A stretch of DNA of 248,000 bases from Hyalangium minutum (GTDB lineage: Bacteria > Myxococcota > Myxococcia > Myxococcales > Myxococcaceae), in NCBI RefSeq assembly GCF_000737315.1, contig NZ_JMCB01000004.1:20001-268000 (forward strand), given 5' to 3'. A program made the position numbers and the translations under genes. Positions 165,894-177,549 of the stretch are shown here, one piece after another (positions within the stretch are counted from its first letter, which is position 1; the number at the start of each line of letters is the position of its first letter). The notes below the pieces were generated by a model. That model saw only the letters and a list, made by a program, of their open reading frames with translations. It ran no database searches and was not told the DNA's origin.

Positions 165894-168800
165894 CTACGGG
165901 CACACGTCGCGGTCGTACAGCGGGAACACGTGGCCCTCGGCGTTACCCGTCAGCGACACAGCGTAGATGCCACCATCCCAGTTGCCGTTGCTGAAGTTGA
166001 TGCGGGCGTAGGGCGCCAGCACCGTGCCGCGGATGCCGAAGCTGGAAGAGGTGATGCTGGTGGTGTCCACGAAGTTGTAGAGGATGTTGCGCGCGTCGAT
166101 GCCGCTGCTCAGCTGGTAGCCGAAGTTGCGCAGCGTGGCCGAGGCGCCGCGGATGTTGATGATGACCATCGAGCCGGCCGGCACGTTGATGTTCAGCAGG
166201 GCCGCACCGTTGAAGGCGCTGGCGTTCACGTTGAAGATGTTCGTCGTCGTGCTCGTGCCGCGCAGGAAGATGCCGCCCCAGGACTCGCGCGTCGTCGTGC
166301 CGTTGGCCGTCTGGTTCGCCAGGTTGGTGGACAGGGTGCGCAGCTCCGCGAACTTCGCCGCGAAGTCGATGGGCGTGCCCTTGGCCAGGCTGCCCCGGGC
166401 GATCGTCACGCCCTGGTTGGCGCTGTAGTTGTTCCCGTAGAACGTGTTCCCGTACACCCGGCCGTTGGCCAGCGTCAGGTTGCCGCCCGCCACCAGCACG
166501 TTGGAGATGTCGCTGGCCGCCAGGCTGCCGCCCACCGCGAAGTTCGTCATGGAGATGTTGCCGCCCGCCGCCACCTTGCCCTGGACGTCCACGCCCTGGG
166601 TGTAGTCCTCGAGGAGGAAGAGGTTGTAGTCGCTCAGGCGGATCTGGGTGCAGGTGGAGCAGGGGCCCACCGTCAGCGGGCGAACCGCCGTGCCCACGTT
166701 GCCCGCGGCGTCCGCCACCCGGTAGGTGACCGTGTACTGGCCCGCGCGCGTCTGGTCGAGGTTGCTGGTGGTGGTGATGGTCTGCGTCAGGTTCCCCGCG
166801 CACTGATCCGACGCCGTGGCGCCCGGATCCACGTAGGGCGAGCCGTTGCACGCGACGGTGGTGGCGCCAGCGCGCACCTGGATCTGCGGAGCCAGCGTGT
166901 CACGCACCGTCACCGAGCGGGAGGCCGCCGCCGTGCCCGTGTTGCCGGACGGATCCACCGCCTTGTAGCTCAGCGTGTAGGTTCCCAGCTGCGCCGTGTT
167001 GACCGAGCCCAGGGTCTGCGTGGCCAGAGAGCCCGCGCACGCATCGCTCGCCGAGGCACCCGGATCCACATAGGCGCCCGAGCCGCACTCCACCTGCGCG
167101 TTCAGCACGCCGTTGATCGTCACCGTGGGGCTGAGCGTGTCCGCCACCGTGATGACGCGGCTGGCCTCGGGGGCCGCGTGGTGGGACGGATCGCTCACGT
167201 TGTAGCGCAGGACGTAGGCGCCGGGGACCTGCGGGTTCACCGTGCCGCTGCGCGTGATGGAGGCCGACAGATTCCCCGCGCACCGGTCCGAGGCCGAGGC
167301 GCCGGACTCGGTGTACGCCGTGCCGCACTCCAGCTGCTGGTTGATCAGCCCGTGGAGCGTGATGGCTGGCGCCAGCGTGTCGGCCACGGCCACCGTGCGC
167401 GTGGCAGGCTCAGAGGTGTTGCCCGCCGAGTCCGTCGCCACGTAGGTCAGCGTGTAGTTCGCGCTCGGCACCTCCAGGTTCACCGAGCCCGTCCGGGAGA
167501 TCTGGTCGCCGTACAGAGGGCCCTCGCACAGGTCGCTGGCGGGAGCACCCGGGTCCGTATAGGTGGCGCCCTTCGTGCACTCGAGCGTCTCCACCGCCAG
167601 GCCGTTGAGCTCCACCTGCGGCTTCACCCGGTCCAGCACCGTCACCACCGCCTTGCACGAGGACTGGAGGCCCTCGCGATCCGTGCACGTCAGGTACACC
167701 TCCGTCTCGCCGATGTCATACGGGCCCGTCGGGCTCTGCGTGCAGCCCGCCATGTCACCGTCCGGATCGCTAGAGCCCTGGTCCACCACCGCGGTGACGC
167801 CGCAGGTGTACTCTGCCACCACCGTCACGTCCTGGCAGCGCGCCACCGGGGGCCGCGGCAAGGTGGGCGGAGGCGTCTGCTGCGAGCGCTTGCAGAACGA
167901 GGTGCAAGTCCCCACCCGGCCCTCGGTGTCGCCGCTGCGGCCGTTGTGGATGCCCTCGTCGCACTCCTCGCCGAACTCCGTGTCCACGTGGCCGTCACCG
168001 CACCAGTTCATGTGGCACGAGAAGGAGCATGTCGAGGAGGCCAGCGTCCCCGTCTGCGCGGGGGTGCCGTTCAGCCAATCGCCCATGTCGCACTCCTCAC
168101 TCGAGGGCGCCTCAGAGAGTCCACAGCCCGCTCCCAGCGTCATGGCGCCGCGCACCAGCAGGTAGGGCGTGCCCGTCAGGAACGTCTCCGTGCCCGGATC
168201 CATCAGGAAGTCCGACATCACCTGCTCGCCGGGGATGGGTCCGTCCGAGGAGCTCAGCGCTATCGCGGCATACGAGAAGTTGCGCTTCGGGTAGCCGGTG
168301 AACACCGAGCGCGCCACGCAGCCGTTGTCGCCGCTCAGCTGGCCGTCCATCAGGTTCTGGGAGACCAGGTTGTTGTACATCTCGAAGATGTGGCCGGAGC
168401 TGGGGCAGCTCGCCATGCCCTGCACCGTGAAGGTGCCGAACGGCTCCAGCAGCTTCACCTGCGTGGGCGCCTGGGCATTCTCGTACGCGCAGCCCAGCGC
168501 GATGTACATGCCCGTGCGGTACTGCTGCGAGTTGAGCACGTGGCTGATCGCGTTCTCCACCAGCTGCGGCGTGCCATTGGTGACCGGATCCGTGCTCAGG
168601 ATGGCCACGTCACCGTCGACGATGATTCCCCAGCGGTCGCGCGTGTCGATCGCAGCCTGGAAGGCGGCCTCGCCGCTCTGGCACGCCCCATCACCGATGA
168701 TGAGGGCGCGGTAATCCATGAACTGATGCGCCGTCATGGCCCGCCACTGCTCCGGCGTCACCACGTCGATCTGAGTGAACGGAGAAGCCGCGGCCACCGC

Positions 168801-169037
168801 CTGTGCCTCGCGGCTCTCCAGCCCACCCGAGACGCTGCTGCCCAGGATGAGGACCTTGTCGCCGCTGCGCATCTGCTGAGAAGAGGTGCTCGGGGCCGCC
168901 GGGGCCGCCGAAGGCGTCGGAACTGCCGCCTCCCGGCCACACCCGAAGGCCGCCAAGGTGGTGAGCAGCCACCCGGTTCGGAGGAAGGAGCGCATTGTTG
169001 GGAGACCCACAGGATTCCAGGAGAGGGACAGGCGCAT
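165894..169037 (-). CDS. Lipoprotein with DUF5011 Ig repeats and choice-of-anchor A domain
   Basis: Y.DPGA.ASD.C repeats; C-terminal VQGKVAAGGN. Confidence 0.8.
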   Translation of the reverse strand: MRLSLSWNPVGLPTMRSFLRTGWLLTTLAAFGCGREAAVPTPSAAPAAPSTSSQQMRSGDKVLILGSSVSGGLESREAQAVAAASPFTQIDVVTPEQWRAMTAHQFMDYRALIIGDGACQSGEAAFQAAIDTRDRWGIIVDGDVAILSTDPVTNGTPQLVENAISHVLNSQQYRTGMYIALGCAYENAQAPTQVKLLEPFGTFTVQGMASCPSSGHIFEMYNNLVSQNLMDGQLSGDNGCVARSVFTGYPKRNFSYAAIALSSSDGPIPGEQVMSDFLMDPGTETFLTGTPYLLVRGAMTLGAGCGLSEAPSSEECDMGDWLNGTPAQTGTLASSTCSFSCHMNWCGDGHVDTEFGEECDEGIHNGRSGDTEGRVGTCTSFCKRSQQTPPPTLPRPPVARCQDVTVVAEYTCGVTAVVDQGSSDPDGDMAGCTQSPTGPYDIGETEVYLTCTDREGLQSSCKAVVTVLDRVKPQVELNGLAVETLECTKGATYTDPGAPASDLCEGPLYGDQISRTGSVNLEVPSANYTLTYVATDSAGNTSEPATRTVAVADTLAPAITLHGLINQQLECGTAYTESGASASDRCAGNLSASITRSGTVNPQVPGAYVLRYNVSDPSHHAAPEASRVITVADTLSPTVTINGVLNAQVECGSGAYVDPGASASDACAGSLATQTLGSVNTAQLGTYTLSYKAVDPSGNTGTAAASRSVTVRDTLAPQIQVRAGATTVACNGSPYVDPGATASDQCAGNLTQTITTTSNLDQTRAGQYTVTYRVADAAGNVGTAVRPLTVGPCSTCTQIRLSDYNLFLLEDYTQGVDVQGKVAAGGNISMTNFAVGGSLAASDISNVLVAGGNLTLANGRVYGNTFYGNNYSANQGVTIARGSLAKGTPIDFAAKFAELRTLSTNLANQTANGTTTRESWGGIFLRGTSTTTNIFNVNASAFNGAALLNINVPAGSMVIINIRGASATLRNFGYQLSSGIDARNILYNFVDTTSITSSSFGIRGTVLAPYARINFSNGNWDGGIYAVSLTGNAEGHVFPLYDRDVCP

Positions 169038-169318
169038 GAGCAGGGTTCCTTCTTCTTGGTTTCTAAGAATTCGATTAAATCTCGGAAGACCGTGAGATAT
169101 TGAATTCCAGAGAATGATTCCTGTTCAGGCGGATAATTGCAAGCACACCTGAAATAAAGAGCTGGCGGAAGGTGAGCAGAGCCGCCGCCATTTCCCCAGG
169201 GCCTCACCGTGTGTAGCGCGGTGTCCCCGCAGCGGCTGCGGGCCGAGTGTTCCAGTGTATGGGGAATGTTGACATCGCTGTGGCAGGCCCCAATAGAGGA
169301 AGGAGCAAGGAGCGGCCC

Positions 169319-170044
169319 ATGGGACAGCGGTTGGGTGTGAACGTGGATCACGTGGCGACGCTGCGGCAGGCGCGGCGCACCACGTATCCGGATCCAGTCA
169401 CGGCGGCGGCGCTGGCGGAGCTGGCCGGCGCGCAGCAGATCACCATCCACCTGCGCGAGGATCGCCGCCACATCCAGGACCGCGATCTGCGCATCCTCCG
169501 GGAGACGTGCCAGACGCTGCTGAACCTGGAGATGGCGGCCACCACGGAGATGGTGAAGATCGCCTACGAGTACAAGCCGGACGTGGCGACGCTGGTGCCC
169601 GAGCGCCGCGAGGAGCTCACCACCGAGGGCGGGCTCGACGTGAACGGCCAGCGCGAGCACGTGGCCAAGATCATCAAGAACCTCAAGGACGGGGAGATCA
169701 CCGTCTCGCTGTTCATCGATCCGGACCTGGATCAGGTGCGCGCGGCGCACAAGGTGGATGCGGATCGGATCGAGCTGCACACCGGCCGCTACTGCGAGGC
169801 GCGCAACGAGCGTGAGCGGGGCCGGGAGCTGAGCCGCATCATCGATGCCTCCAAGGCCGCCGCGAAGCTGGGCATGAGCGTGGCCGCGGGCCACGGGCTC
169901 AACTACGACAACGTGCAGCCGGTTGCCCGCATCCGGGAAATCGACGAGCTGAACATCGGGCACGCCATCGTGGGCCGCGCGGTGCTGGTGGGCTTCGAGC
170001 GGGCGGTGCGGGAGATGCTGGAGCTGATGCGCAACCCGGGGTAG
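169319..170044 (+). CDS. pdxJ: Pyridoxine 5'-phosphate synthase
   Basis: [22 protein letters not shown]. Confidence 0.96.
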   Translation: MGQRLGVNVDHVATLRQARRTTYPDPVTAAALAELAGAQQITIHLREDRRHIQDRDLRILRETCQTLLNLEMAATTEMVKIAYEYKPDVATLVPERREELTTEGGLDVNGQREHVAKIIKNLKDGEITVSLFIDPDLDQVRAAHKVDADRIELHTGRYCEARNERERGRELSRIIDASKAAAKLGMSVAAGHGLNYDNVQPVARIREIDELNIGHAIVGRAVLVGFERAVREMLELMRNPG

Positions 170045-170046
170045 CG

Positions 170047-170424
170047 ATGGCGATCGTCGGCCTGGGGATGGACATCTGCTCGGTGGAGCGCATCCAGCGC
170101 ATCCTGCAGGGGCCTCGTGCCGAGCGCTTCCTGGAGCGCGTGTACACGGATGCTGAGCGCGCCCTGTGCAGCGAGCGGGCGGACTCCGCGAGCGCCTATG
170201 CCGCGCGCTTCGCCGCGAAGGAGGCCCTGGTGAAGGCGCTGGGGGCTCCGCCGGGGATTCGCTGGCGGGACATGGAGGTAGTGCGCACCGGTGGCATGCC
170301 GCGCTTCACCGTGTCCGGCGTGGCCCGCGAGGTGATGGAGCAGCGGCGCGTAGAGGCGCTGCTGACGATGACCCACGACGCAGGGGTGGCTGCGGCCACC
170401 GTCATCCTGCAGGAGCGGCCTTGA
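170047..170424 (+). CDS. acpS: Holo-ACP synthase
   Basis: GMDI, RFAAKEA. Confidence 0.93.
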   Translation: MAIVGLGMDICSVERIQRILQGPRAERFLERVYTDAERALCSERADSASAYAARFAAKEALVKALGAPPGIRWRDMEVVRTGGMPRFTVSGVAREVMEQRRVEALLTMTHDAGVAAATVILQERP

Positions 170425-170425
170425 G

Positions 170426-171958
170426 ATGCAGAGCGCCCTGACCGCCGCACAGATGCGCCAGGCAGAGCAGGCCGGCGACGACCAGCTGGGGATGTCCTCG
170501 GCGCTGCTCATGGAGAACGCGGGCCGGGCGCTCGCGGACGCGGCGCGGAGCGTGGTGGGGCCGCAGGGGCGGTTCCTCGTCGTCTGCGGGCCAGGGAACA
170601 ACGGCGGCGATGGGTTCGTGGCGGCGCGGTTCCTCCTGGAGGGCGGGGCCCGGGTGTCCGTGGCGCTGGTGGGCGACAAGTCGAGGATGTCCGCCGAGGC
170701 CCAGCGCGCCATGAAGGGGCTCGTGTCGTTTGGCATCGCGCCGCAGCCGCTGGAGGCGCTCTCGCGGCCGAGGGCCGGAGACGTGGTGGTGGATGCGATC
170801 TTCGGCACTGGGCTGAACCGTGCGCCCGCGGGCCCTTTCGCGGAGGCCATCTTTCGCATCTACCGGTGGCGCAGGATCGGCGTGAAGGTGGTGGCCGCGG
170901 ACGTGCCCTCGGGTTTGCAGAGCGACACGGGGGAGGCCTTCCTTCCGTACCTGGAGGCGGACATCACCGTCTCCTTCGGGTTCCTCAAGCGCGGGCAGGT
171001 GGTGGAACCGGGGGCCTCGCTCTGTGGTGAGCTGCGGCGGGTGGACATAGGCCTGTCTCCGGTGGCGCTCCAGGTGGTCACCGGGCCTGTGCTGCGGGTC
171101 GTGGAGGAGGCGGATGCCCGTGAGGCGCTGCCAGCCCGGCGTTCGGACAGCCACAAGGGGACGTACGGGCACGTGCTGGTGGTGGCTGGGAGCCGGGGTA
171201 AGTCCGGCGCGGCCGCGCTGGTGTCCCGGGCGGTGCTGCGCTCGGGCGCGGGGCTCGTCTCCGTGGCGACGCGAGGGGATGTCTTGGATGCCGTGCTGGC
171301 TCACTCGCCCGAGGTGATGGGGATCCCGATGGAGCGAGCCGGAGCACTCGGGTCCGCGGATCTCAACATCCTGCTGGAGGCCGCTGAGGAGAAGGATGCG
171401 CTCGTCATCGGTCCCGGCATTCCTCGCGGGCCGGAGACGGGCAAGTTGATCGGCGAGCTGCTCGAGCGCGTGGATGCACCCGTGGTGCTCGATGCGGACG
171501 CGCTCAACGCCGTGGCCTCGGATCTGGCGGTGCTGCGCCGCGCGAAGAAGCCCGTCATCCTCACGCCGCACCCGGGGGAGATGGCCCGGCTCACCGGACG
171601 CTCCACCAAGGAGGTTCAGGCGAACCGGCTGGAGGTGGCGCGAGGCTTCGCGACACAGCACGGGGTGACGCTCGTCCTCAAGGGATCTCGGACGATCATC
171701 GCGAGCCCGGATGGCGAGCTCTTCGTGAACCCGACGGGGAACGCGGGCATGGCCACGGCGGGGGCAGGGGATGTGCTCTCCGGCATCTGCGGAGCGTTCC
171801 TGGCGCAGGGAATCCGGGCACCCGATGCAGCCTGGGCCGCTGTCTACGCCCACGGCCTCGCGGGAGATCTCGCTGCGGCCCGGAGAGGGAAGGTGGGGCT
171901 CATGGCCTCGGATATCGCCGAGGGACTGTGCGACGTCTGGACGCGGTGGGGAAGATGA
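170426..171958 (+). CDS. nnr: NAD(P)HX epimerase/dehydratase
   Basis: GNNGGDG, DVPSG, TPHPGE, GAGDVL. Confidence 0.95.
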   Translation: MQSALTAAQMRQAEQAGDDQLGMSSALLMENAGRALADAARSVVGPQGRFLVVCGPGNNGGDGFVAARFLLEGGARVSVALVGDKSRMSAEAQRAMKGLVSFGIAPQPLEALSRPRAGDVVVDAIFGTGLNRAPAGPFAEAIFRIYRWRRIGVKVVAADVPSGLQSDTGEAFLPYLEADITVSFGFLKRGQVVEPGASLCGELRRVDIGLSPVALQVVTGPVLRVVEEADAREALPARRSDSHKGTYGHVLVVAGSRGKSGAAALVSRAVLRSGAGLVSVATRGDVLDAVLAHSPEVMGIPMERAGALGSADLNILLEAAEEKDALVIGPGIPRGPETGKLIGELLERVDAPVVLDADALNAVASDLAVLRRAKKPVILTPHPGEMARLTGRSTKEVQANRLEVARGFATQHGVTLVLKGSRTIIASPDGELFVNPTGNAGMATAGAGDVLSGICGAFLAQGIRAPDAAWAAVYAHGLAGDLAAARRGKVGLMASDIAEGLCDVWTRWGR

Positions 171959-172431
171959 GTGCGCCCTCGCTGACGCGCACGCTGCGCTCGGAATCTCCCG
172001 AGGAGACGCACCGGATGGGCGTGCGCCTGGGCGAGCTGCTCCAGCCTGGGGACTTCGTGGGGCTGATCGGCGATCTGGGCGCAGGCAAGACGCACCTGGT
172101 GCGCGGCGTGGCCGAGGGCGCGCAGGTGGCCCGCTCCGAAGTGGCCAGTCCCACCTTCGCCATCGTCTATCCGTACCGGGGACGCATTCCGCTGTACCAC
172201 GCGGACCTCTACCGCATCGCGGACTACGACGAGCTGTACGCCACCGGCTTCCTCGATCTGATCGGAGGCGATGGCGCGGTGCTGGTGGAGTGGCTGGATC
172301 GCGTCCCCCAGGCCGCGCCGCGCGAGTACCTGCGGCTGACACTGCGGCCCGTGGCGGACGATGCGCGCGAGCTGCACGCCGAGGCCTTCGGCTCCAGGCC
172401 CGCGGAGCTGCTCTCGCGCTGGGCTCCCTGA
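171955..172431 (+). CDS. tsaE: t6A biosynthesis ATPase TsaE
   Basis: GDLGAGKT, SPTF, HADLYR. Confidence 0.95.
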   Translation: MSAPSLTRTLRSESPEETHRMGVRLGELLQPGDFVGLIGDLGAGKTHLVRGVAEGAQVARSEVASPTFAIVYPYRGRIPLYHADLYRIADYDELYATGFLDLIGGDGAVLVEWLDRVPQAAPREYLRLTLRPVADDARELHAEAFGSRPAELLSRWAP

Positions 172432-172448
172432 GCCGGTGTGACTCGGCC

Positions 172449-173273
172449 TCAGCCCACCACGGCGAGATCCGAGAGGCGCCAGCGATGCAGCGTCAGCCCG
172501 CTGTCCACTCCGACCACCTCGTCCTCGGAGACCTCGTTCCACGCGGTGTGGTTGCCGCACAGCGCCTCGCTGGCGATGAGCAGCTGCTCCACCTTCACGC
172601 CGTTCTGGAGCCGCGCCATCGCGCACGACTCCGAGCGCCGCCCGTCCGACAGGTACAGCGTGCGGTTGCGGCGCGTGGCCACCATCACCTCACCGTTGGT
172701 GACCAGGAAGTTCATCGCCGAGCGATCCTGCCCTGGCTGATCCGTGATGGATGCCACCAGTTGCATCGTCTCGGCCAGCGACGCCGCCACGTCCTCCACG
172801 CGCGCCGTTCCATCCAGCGAGGTCCGCGAGGCCATCCGCGTGAGGAAGACGTGGAAGCAGCGCTCGGAGTCCGTCGTGCCGTGGATGTTCGGGCGCAGAT
172901 CCTCGCTGATGAGCGACTCCACCGCTCGGCGGTGCTGCTCGAAGTTCTTCAGCGTCCCGTTGTGCACGAACGACCAGCGGCCATACAGGAACGGGTGCGA
173001 GTTGCGCATCTCCACCGCTCCCACCGAGGCCAGCCGGATGTGTGCCACCACGGTGTGAGAAGACACCAGGCTGCTCACCCGGAGGAAGTCTGGATCGCTG
173101 TGAGCCGGGCCGACGCCGTGCGCGACCTTCGGGCTCGGATCCACACCATACGCCGCGATTCCCCAGCCATCCTTGTGCTCGCGCGACTGGATGACGAGCG
173201 AGTTCTTCTCGGTCACAAGGGCCGGATGAACGGCGGCGGGAACAGCAGAGCGGAAACCAAAAAGGCGGCACAT
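172449..173273 (-). CDS. Class II glutamine amidotransferase
   Basis: MCR start, DGWG, HNG, TDSE. Confidence 0.9.
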   Translation of the reverse strand: MCRLFGFRSAVPAAVHPALVTEKNSLVIQSREHKDGWGIAAYGVDPSPKVAHGVGPAHSDPDFLRVSSLVSSHTVVAHIRLASVGAVEMRNSHPFLYGRWSFVHNGTLKNFEQHRRAVESLISEDLRPNIHGTTDSERCFHVFLTRMASRTSLDGTARVEDVAASLAETMQLVASITDQPGQDRSAMNFLVTNGEVMVATRRNRTLYLSDGRRSESCAMARLQNGVKVEQLLIASEALCGNHTAWNEVSEDEVVGVDSGLTLHRWRLSDLAVVG

Positions 173274-173377
173274 AGCGTTCGACCAACAGAATGATAACGG
173301 CCAACCCCGGCCAACGATAAGACGCCTATCGGGCCGAGCAAGGTTCACTATCAAGAGGTCGTCACTCCCCCTCTTAT

Positions 173378-174643
173378 TCACTCACACAGGGCCGCACCGT
173401 CGCGCACGAGCAGACGCCCGTATTTCAACACCGCCCGAGCGTGGTTCACTCCAAGGTGGTAGGGCAGATGCCGATAGTTTGTGCACGAAAAGATCACGAG
173501 ATCGGCCACGTCTCCCACCGCCAGCCGCCCGTGAGAGGGCAGGCCCAGGGCCAGAGCGGCACCTCGGGTGGCCGCCCAGTACACCTCGGCCGCCGAGAGC
173601 CCGTTCTCCAGGCAGCCGAGCCCCATGGCCAGCGGAAGATTCTCTGACATCGCCGAGCCGGGATTGATGTTGGTGCCCAAAGCAATGTTGACCCCAGCCT
173701 CGCGCAGCTTTCGGCCCGGGGCGTAAGGGCGCATGCGTACGAAGAGGGTGGAGGTGGGAACGAGCACGGCGGTGACGTCCGCGGCCGCCAGCGCGCGGAT
173801 GCCCGCCTCGCTCACGTTCTCCAAATGGTCCACGGTGGCGGCGCCCAGCTCGGCGGCCAGCTCCGCACCCCCGCCCGAGGTGAGCTGATCCCCGTGCAGC
173901 CGAGGCCGCAGCCCCAGCGCCTTCGCGGCGGTGAGCAGCCGGCGCGCATCGTCCGGGGTGAAGGCGCTCTGCTCCACGAAGATGTCGCAGAAGCGCGCGA
174001 GCCCCTCGCGAGCCACGGCCGGGAGGATCTCCTGGACGCACAGCTCCACGTACGCTTCGCGGCGGCCCTTGAACTCCTCGGGCACCGCGTGGGCGCACAG
174101 CAGCGTGGGCACCAGCTCCACGGGTGACAGGCTCGCCAGCCGGCGCACCACCCGCAGCATCTTCAGCTCGTTCTCGACATCCAGCCCGTAGCCGCTCTTC
174201 ACCTCGGCCGTCGTCACTCCGTACTCGAGCAGGCGCTGGAGTCGGGGCAGGGCGAGGCGCACCAGCTCTTCCTCGCTCGCGGCCCGCGTGGCGCGCACGG
174301 TGCTGACGATGCCACCGCCCGCCTGGGCAATCTCTAGATACGTGGCGCCCTGGTTCCGCAGATCGAACTCACGGGAGCGCTCGCCCGCGAAGACCAGGTG
174401 CGTGTGCGGATCCACGAAGCCTGGGCCCACCATGCGGCCCTCGGCGTCCAGGATCTCCGTGCTCGGCGTGACAGCCCCAGGCGGCAGATCTGGCTCCTGG
174501 CCGACCCACGCTACGCGGCCTCCGCGCACGCCCACGCACGCTCGGGGCCGAGGCGTGAGGGCCTGCTCGGCGGGCTCTCGGTGCGAGCCCTCCACGGTGA
174601 GGACCTCGGAGGTGTTACGGACGAGAAGATCCAGCGGTTCCAT
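173378..174643 (-). CDS. hutI: Imidazolonepropionase
   Basis: DPHTH, KSGYGL, FCDIF. Confidence 0.94.
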   Translation of the reverse strand: MEPLDLLVRNTSEVLTVEGSHREPAEQALTPRPRACVGVRGGRVAWVGQEPDLPPGAVTPSTEILDAEGRMVGPGFVDPHTHLVFAGERSREFDLRNQGATYLEIAQAGGGIVSTVRATRAASEEELVRLALPRLQRLLEYGVTTAEVKSGYGLDVENELKMLRVVRRLASLSPVELVPTLLCAHAVPEEFKGRREAYVELCVQEILPAVAREGLARFCDIFVEQSAFTPDDARRLLTAAKALGLRPRLHGDQLTSGGGAELAAELGAATVDHLENVSEAGIRALAAADVTAVLVPTSTLFVRMRPYAPGRKLREAGVNIALGTNINPGSAMSENLPLAMGLGCLENGLSAAEVYWAATRGAALALGLPSHGRLAVGDVADLVIFSCTNYRHLPYHLGVNHARAVLKYGRLLVRDGAALCE

Positions 174644-174646
174644 GGC

Positions 174647-175381
174647 TCACCGTGCCCAGCGCCCGCCGAGGATGGGGGAGTTCCAGCCCTTCTCCCCGGG
174701 AGCCTTCACCCGGCCCGCGCCTCCGGACAGCTCGAATTGATCCACCCTGCCCAGCGGCAGCTGCACCACCGCCGCCGCGCCGTAGAACAGCGGCGTCGCA
174801 CGCTCGTTCTGCGAGAAGACCCGGTGGATGCCCAGGAAGGGCACGATGCCCAGACAGACGCGCTCCTCGGGGGAGGCGTAGATGGCCAGGGAGGTCTCCG
174901 CGCCGAAGATGCTCCCGGGGCCGCCGCGCGTGTCGATGCCGAAGTCCGTCGCGCCGCGCACTACCACCGAGGGCGCCACGCCGAACGTGGGCGTGCCGTA
175001 CCAGCTCGACAGCCCCAGGTAGACGCCATAGCCGGGCAGCGGGAGCGGATAGTAGATCTCCCCGTTCACGCCCAGGTGCAGCGCGAGCTTCTCCGTGAGC
175101 GGCTTCTGCACCGCGAAGTCGTAGGCTATCGACCATTGCTGCGGGGAGAAGCTGGCGCCGTTGCCGGCGAAGGGCTGCGTGCTGTCGAAGCGCGCGGCGA
175201 GCGGCGCTGACAGGCGAGGACCGCTCCTCAGGCCCGCCTGGAGCAGGCTCTGGTCCGGGTGCCCCGGCCCCAGCCGCATCACCATGGGGCTCACGGTGGT
175301 GGGGGCACAGCCCGCCAGCCAGGCCAGCGCCACGAGCGCCACCACCCCCCAGCCTCCATGTCTCGGGAAGGGTGTCTCCAT
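174647..175381 (-). CDS. Lipoprotein, unknown function
   Basis: Lipobox LAGC. Confidence 0.55.
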   Translation of the reverse strand: METPFPRHGGWGVVALVALAWLAGCAPTTVSPMVMRLGPGHPDQSLLQAGLRSGPRLSAPLAARFDSTQPFAGNGASFSPQQWSIAYDFAVQKPLTEKLALHLGVNGEIYYPLPLPGYGVYLGLSSWYGTPTFGVAPSVVVRGATDFGIDTRGGPGSIFGAETSLAIYASPEERVCLGIVPFLGIHRVFSQNERATPLFYGAAAVVQLPLGRVDQFELSGGAGRVKAPGEKGWNSPILGGRWAR

Positions 175382-175389
175382 GCCGTGCC

Positions 175390-177045
175390 TCACACTGTGA
175401 CGCCGGGGATCTTCACTCCGCGCTTGTGCGCGACGTCCACGGCCTCGGGATAGCCCGCGTCCACGTGCCGCAGCACGCCCATGCCCGGATCCGAGGTGAG
175501 CACGCGCTCGATGCGCCGTGCGGCCTCCGGCGTGCCATCCGCCACGATGACCTGGCCCGAGTGCAGCGAGTAGCCCATGCCCACGCCACCGCCGTGGTGG
175601 AAGGACACCCACGAGGCGCCGTTCACCGCGTTCACCAGCGCGTTGAGGATGGGCCAGTCCGCCACCGCGTCCGAGCCGTCCTTCATCGCCTCCGTCTCGC
175701 GGTTGGGCGAGGCCACCGAGCCGCAGTCCAGGTGATCGCGGCCGATGACGATGGGCGCCTTCACCTCGCCCTTGCGCACCAGCTCGTTGAACACGAGGCC
175801 CGCCTTCGCGCGCTCGCCGTAGCCCAGCCAGCAGATGCGTGCCGGCAGTCCCTGGAACGCCACGCGCTGCTGCGCCATGGTGATCCACCGCCGCAGCGAT
175901 TCCTTCTCCGGGAACAGCTCCAGCACCGCGCGGTCCGTGCGGCGGATGTCCTCTGGATCTCCGGACAGCGCCACCCAGCGGAAGGGCCCCAGGCCCTCGC
176001 AGAACATGGGGCGGATGTACGCGGGCACGAAGCCCGGGAACTCGAATGCGTTCTCCTTGCCGCCCGCCTGCGCCTGCCCGCGCAGGTTGTTGCCGTAGTC
176101 GAACACGTGGCTGCCCGCGTTCTGGAAGTCGATCATGGCCTGCACGTGCATCGCCATGGTCTCCCGCGCCCGGCGCACGTAGCCCTCGGGGTCCCGGCGC
176201 CGCAGCTCCGCTGCCGCCTCCAGCGACAGATCCGCGGGGATGTAGCCGTTGAGCGGATCATGCGCGCTCGTCTGATCCGTCACCAGATCCGGCTTGATGC
176301 CGCGCCGGTACAGCTCGCGGAACACCGTGGCCGCGTTGCCAATCACGGCGATGGAGCGGCCCTCGCGCTTCTGCTGGGACTGCTTCACCAGCGCCAGCGC
176401 CTCGTCCAGATCCTTGGCCACCACATCCAGGTAGCGCGTCTCCACGCGGCGCTGGGCGCGCTGGGGATCGATCTCCACGCCCAGGAACACGGCGTTGCAC
176501 ATGGTGGCCGCCAGCGGCTGCGCCCCGCCCATACCGCCCAGCCCGCCCGACAGCACCAGCCGCCCGCTCAGGTCCGCCGAGCCGAAGTGCGTGCGGCCCG
176601 CCTGCGCGAACGTCTCATACGTGCCCTGCAGAATCCCCTGCGTGCCGATGTAGATCCACGAGCCGGCCGTCATCTGGCCGTACATCATCAGTCCCTTCTT
176701 CTCCAGCTCGTGGAAGTGCTCCCAGGTGGCCCAGCGGCCCACGAGGTTGGAGTTGGCCAGCAGCACACGCGGAGCGTCCGGGTGGGTCCGCAGGATGCCC
176801 ACCGGCTTGCCCGACTGGACGAGGAGCGTTTCCTCGTCTGAAAGCTCTTTCAAGCTGGCGATGATCCGATCATAGGAAGGCCAGTCGCGCGCGGCCTTGC
176901 CGGTGCCGCCGTAGACGACGAGATCCTCAGGGCGCTCGGCCACATCCGGATCCAGGTTGTTCATCAGCATCCGGAGCGCGGCCTCCTGGACCCAGCCCTT
177001 GCAAGAGCGGGCAGTGCCTCTGGGGGCGCGGATGACGCGGGACAT
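175390..177045 (-). CDS. hutU: Urocanate hydratase
   Basis: [21 protein letters not shown]. Confidence 0.97.
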   Translation of the reverse strand: MSRVIRAPRGTARSCKGWVQEAALRMLMNNLDPDVAERPEDLVVYGGTGKAARDWPSYDRIIASLKELSDEETLLVQSGKPVGILRTHPDAPRVLLANSNLVGRWATWEHFHELEKKGLMMYGQMTAGSWIYIGTQGILQGTYETFAQAGRTHFGSADLSGRLVLSGGLGGMGGAQPLAATMCNAVFLGVEIDPQRAQRRVETRYLDVVAKDLDEALALVKQSQQKREGRSIAVIGNAATVFRELYRRGIKPDLVTDQTSAHDPLNGYIPADLSLEAAAELRRRDPEGYVRRARETMAMHVQAMIDFQNAGSHVFDYGNNLRGQAQAGGKENAFEFPGFVPAYIRPMFCEGLGPFRWVALSGDPEDIRRTDRAVLELFPEKESLRRWITMAQQRVAFQGLPARICWLGYGERAKAGLVFNELVRKGEVKAPIVIGRDHLDCGSVASPNRETEAMKDGSDAVADWPILNALVNAVNGASWVSFHHGGGVGMGYSLHSGQVIVADGTPEAARRIERVLTSDPGMGVLRHVDAGYPEAVDVAHKRGVKIPGVTV

Positions 177046-177174
177046 AAGTACTCCGTGGGTCAGGGATGACTGCTAGAAGGGCGGGCAGCCTAGCCGAACT
177101 CCTGGGGCACGCGAGTGCCGTGTGCCGGACAAAATCTTCTCTCGGCTGGTACAATCGCCGCTGGACGAGGGGCT

Positions 177175-177549
177175 ATGTCCGTTCCGAAAAAAATCCTGCT
177201 GGTCGATGACTCACCCACGGTCCTGTTGATGGAGCGGCTGCTCCTGCAAGACGGGCCATACGAGCTGCTCAGCGCCAGCAGTGGCGCCGAGGCGGTAGAG
177301 CGGGCCTTGGCCGATCGTCCCGAGCTCATCCTCATGGACGTGGTGATGCCGGGGATGGACGGCTTCGAGGTGTGCCGCCGGCTCCGTGCCGAGGAGTCCA
177401 CGCGTGCCACGCCCATCATCCTGGTGACGACGCGCGGCGGCCCCGAGCACGTGGAGAAAGGCTACGAGAGCGGCTGCAGCGACTACGTGACCAAGCCGTT
177501 CGATGGCAACGAGCTGAGGGCCAAGATCGAGAGCTTCCTGGGTCACTGA
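177175..177549 (+). CDS. Single-domain response regulator
   Basis: VDDS, MDVVMP, TKP. Confidence 0.92.
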   Translation: MSVPKKILLVDDSPTVLLMERLLLQDGPYELLSASSGAEAVERALADRPELILMDVVMPGMDGFEVCRRLRAEESTRATPIILVTTRGGPEHVEKGYESGCSDYVTKPFDGNELRAKIESFLGH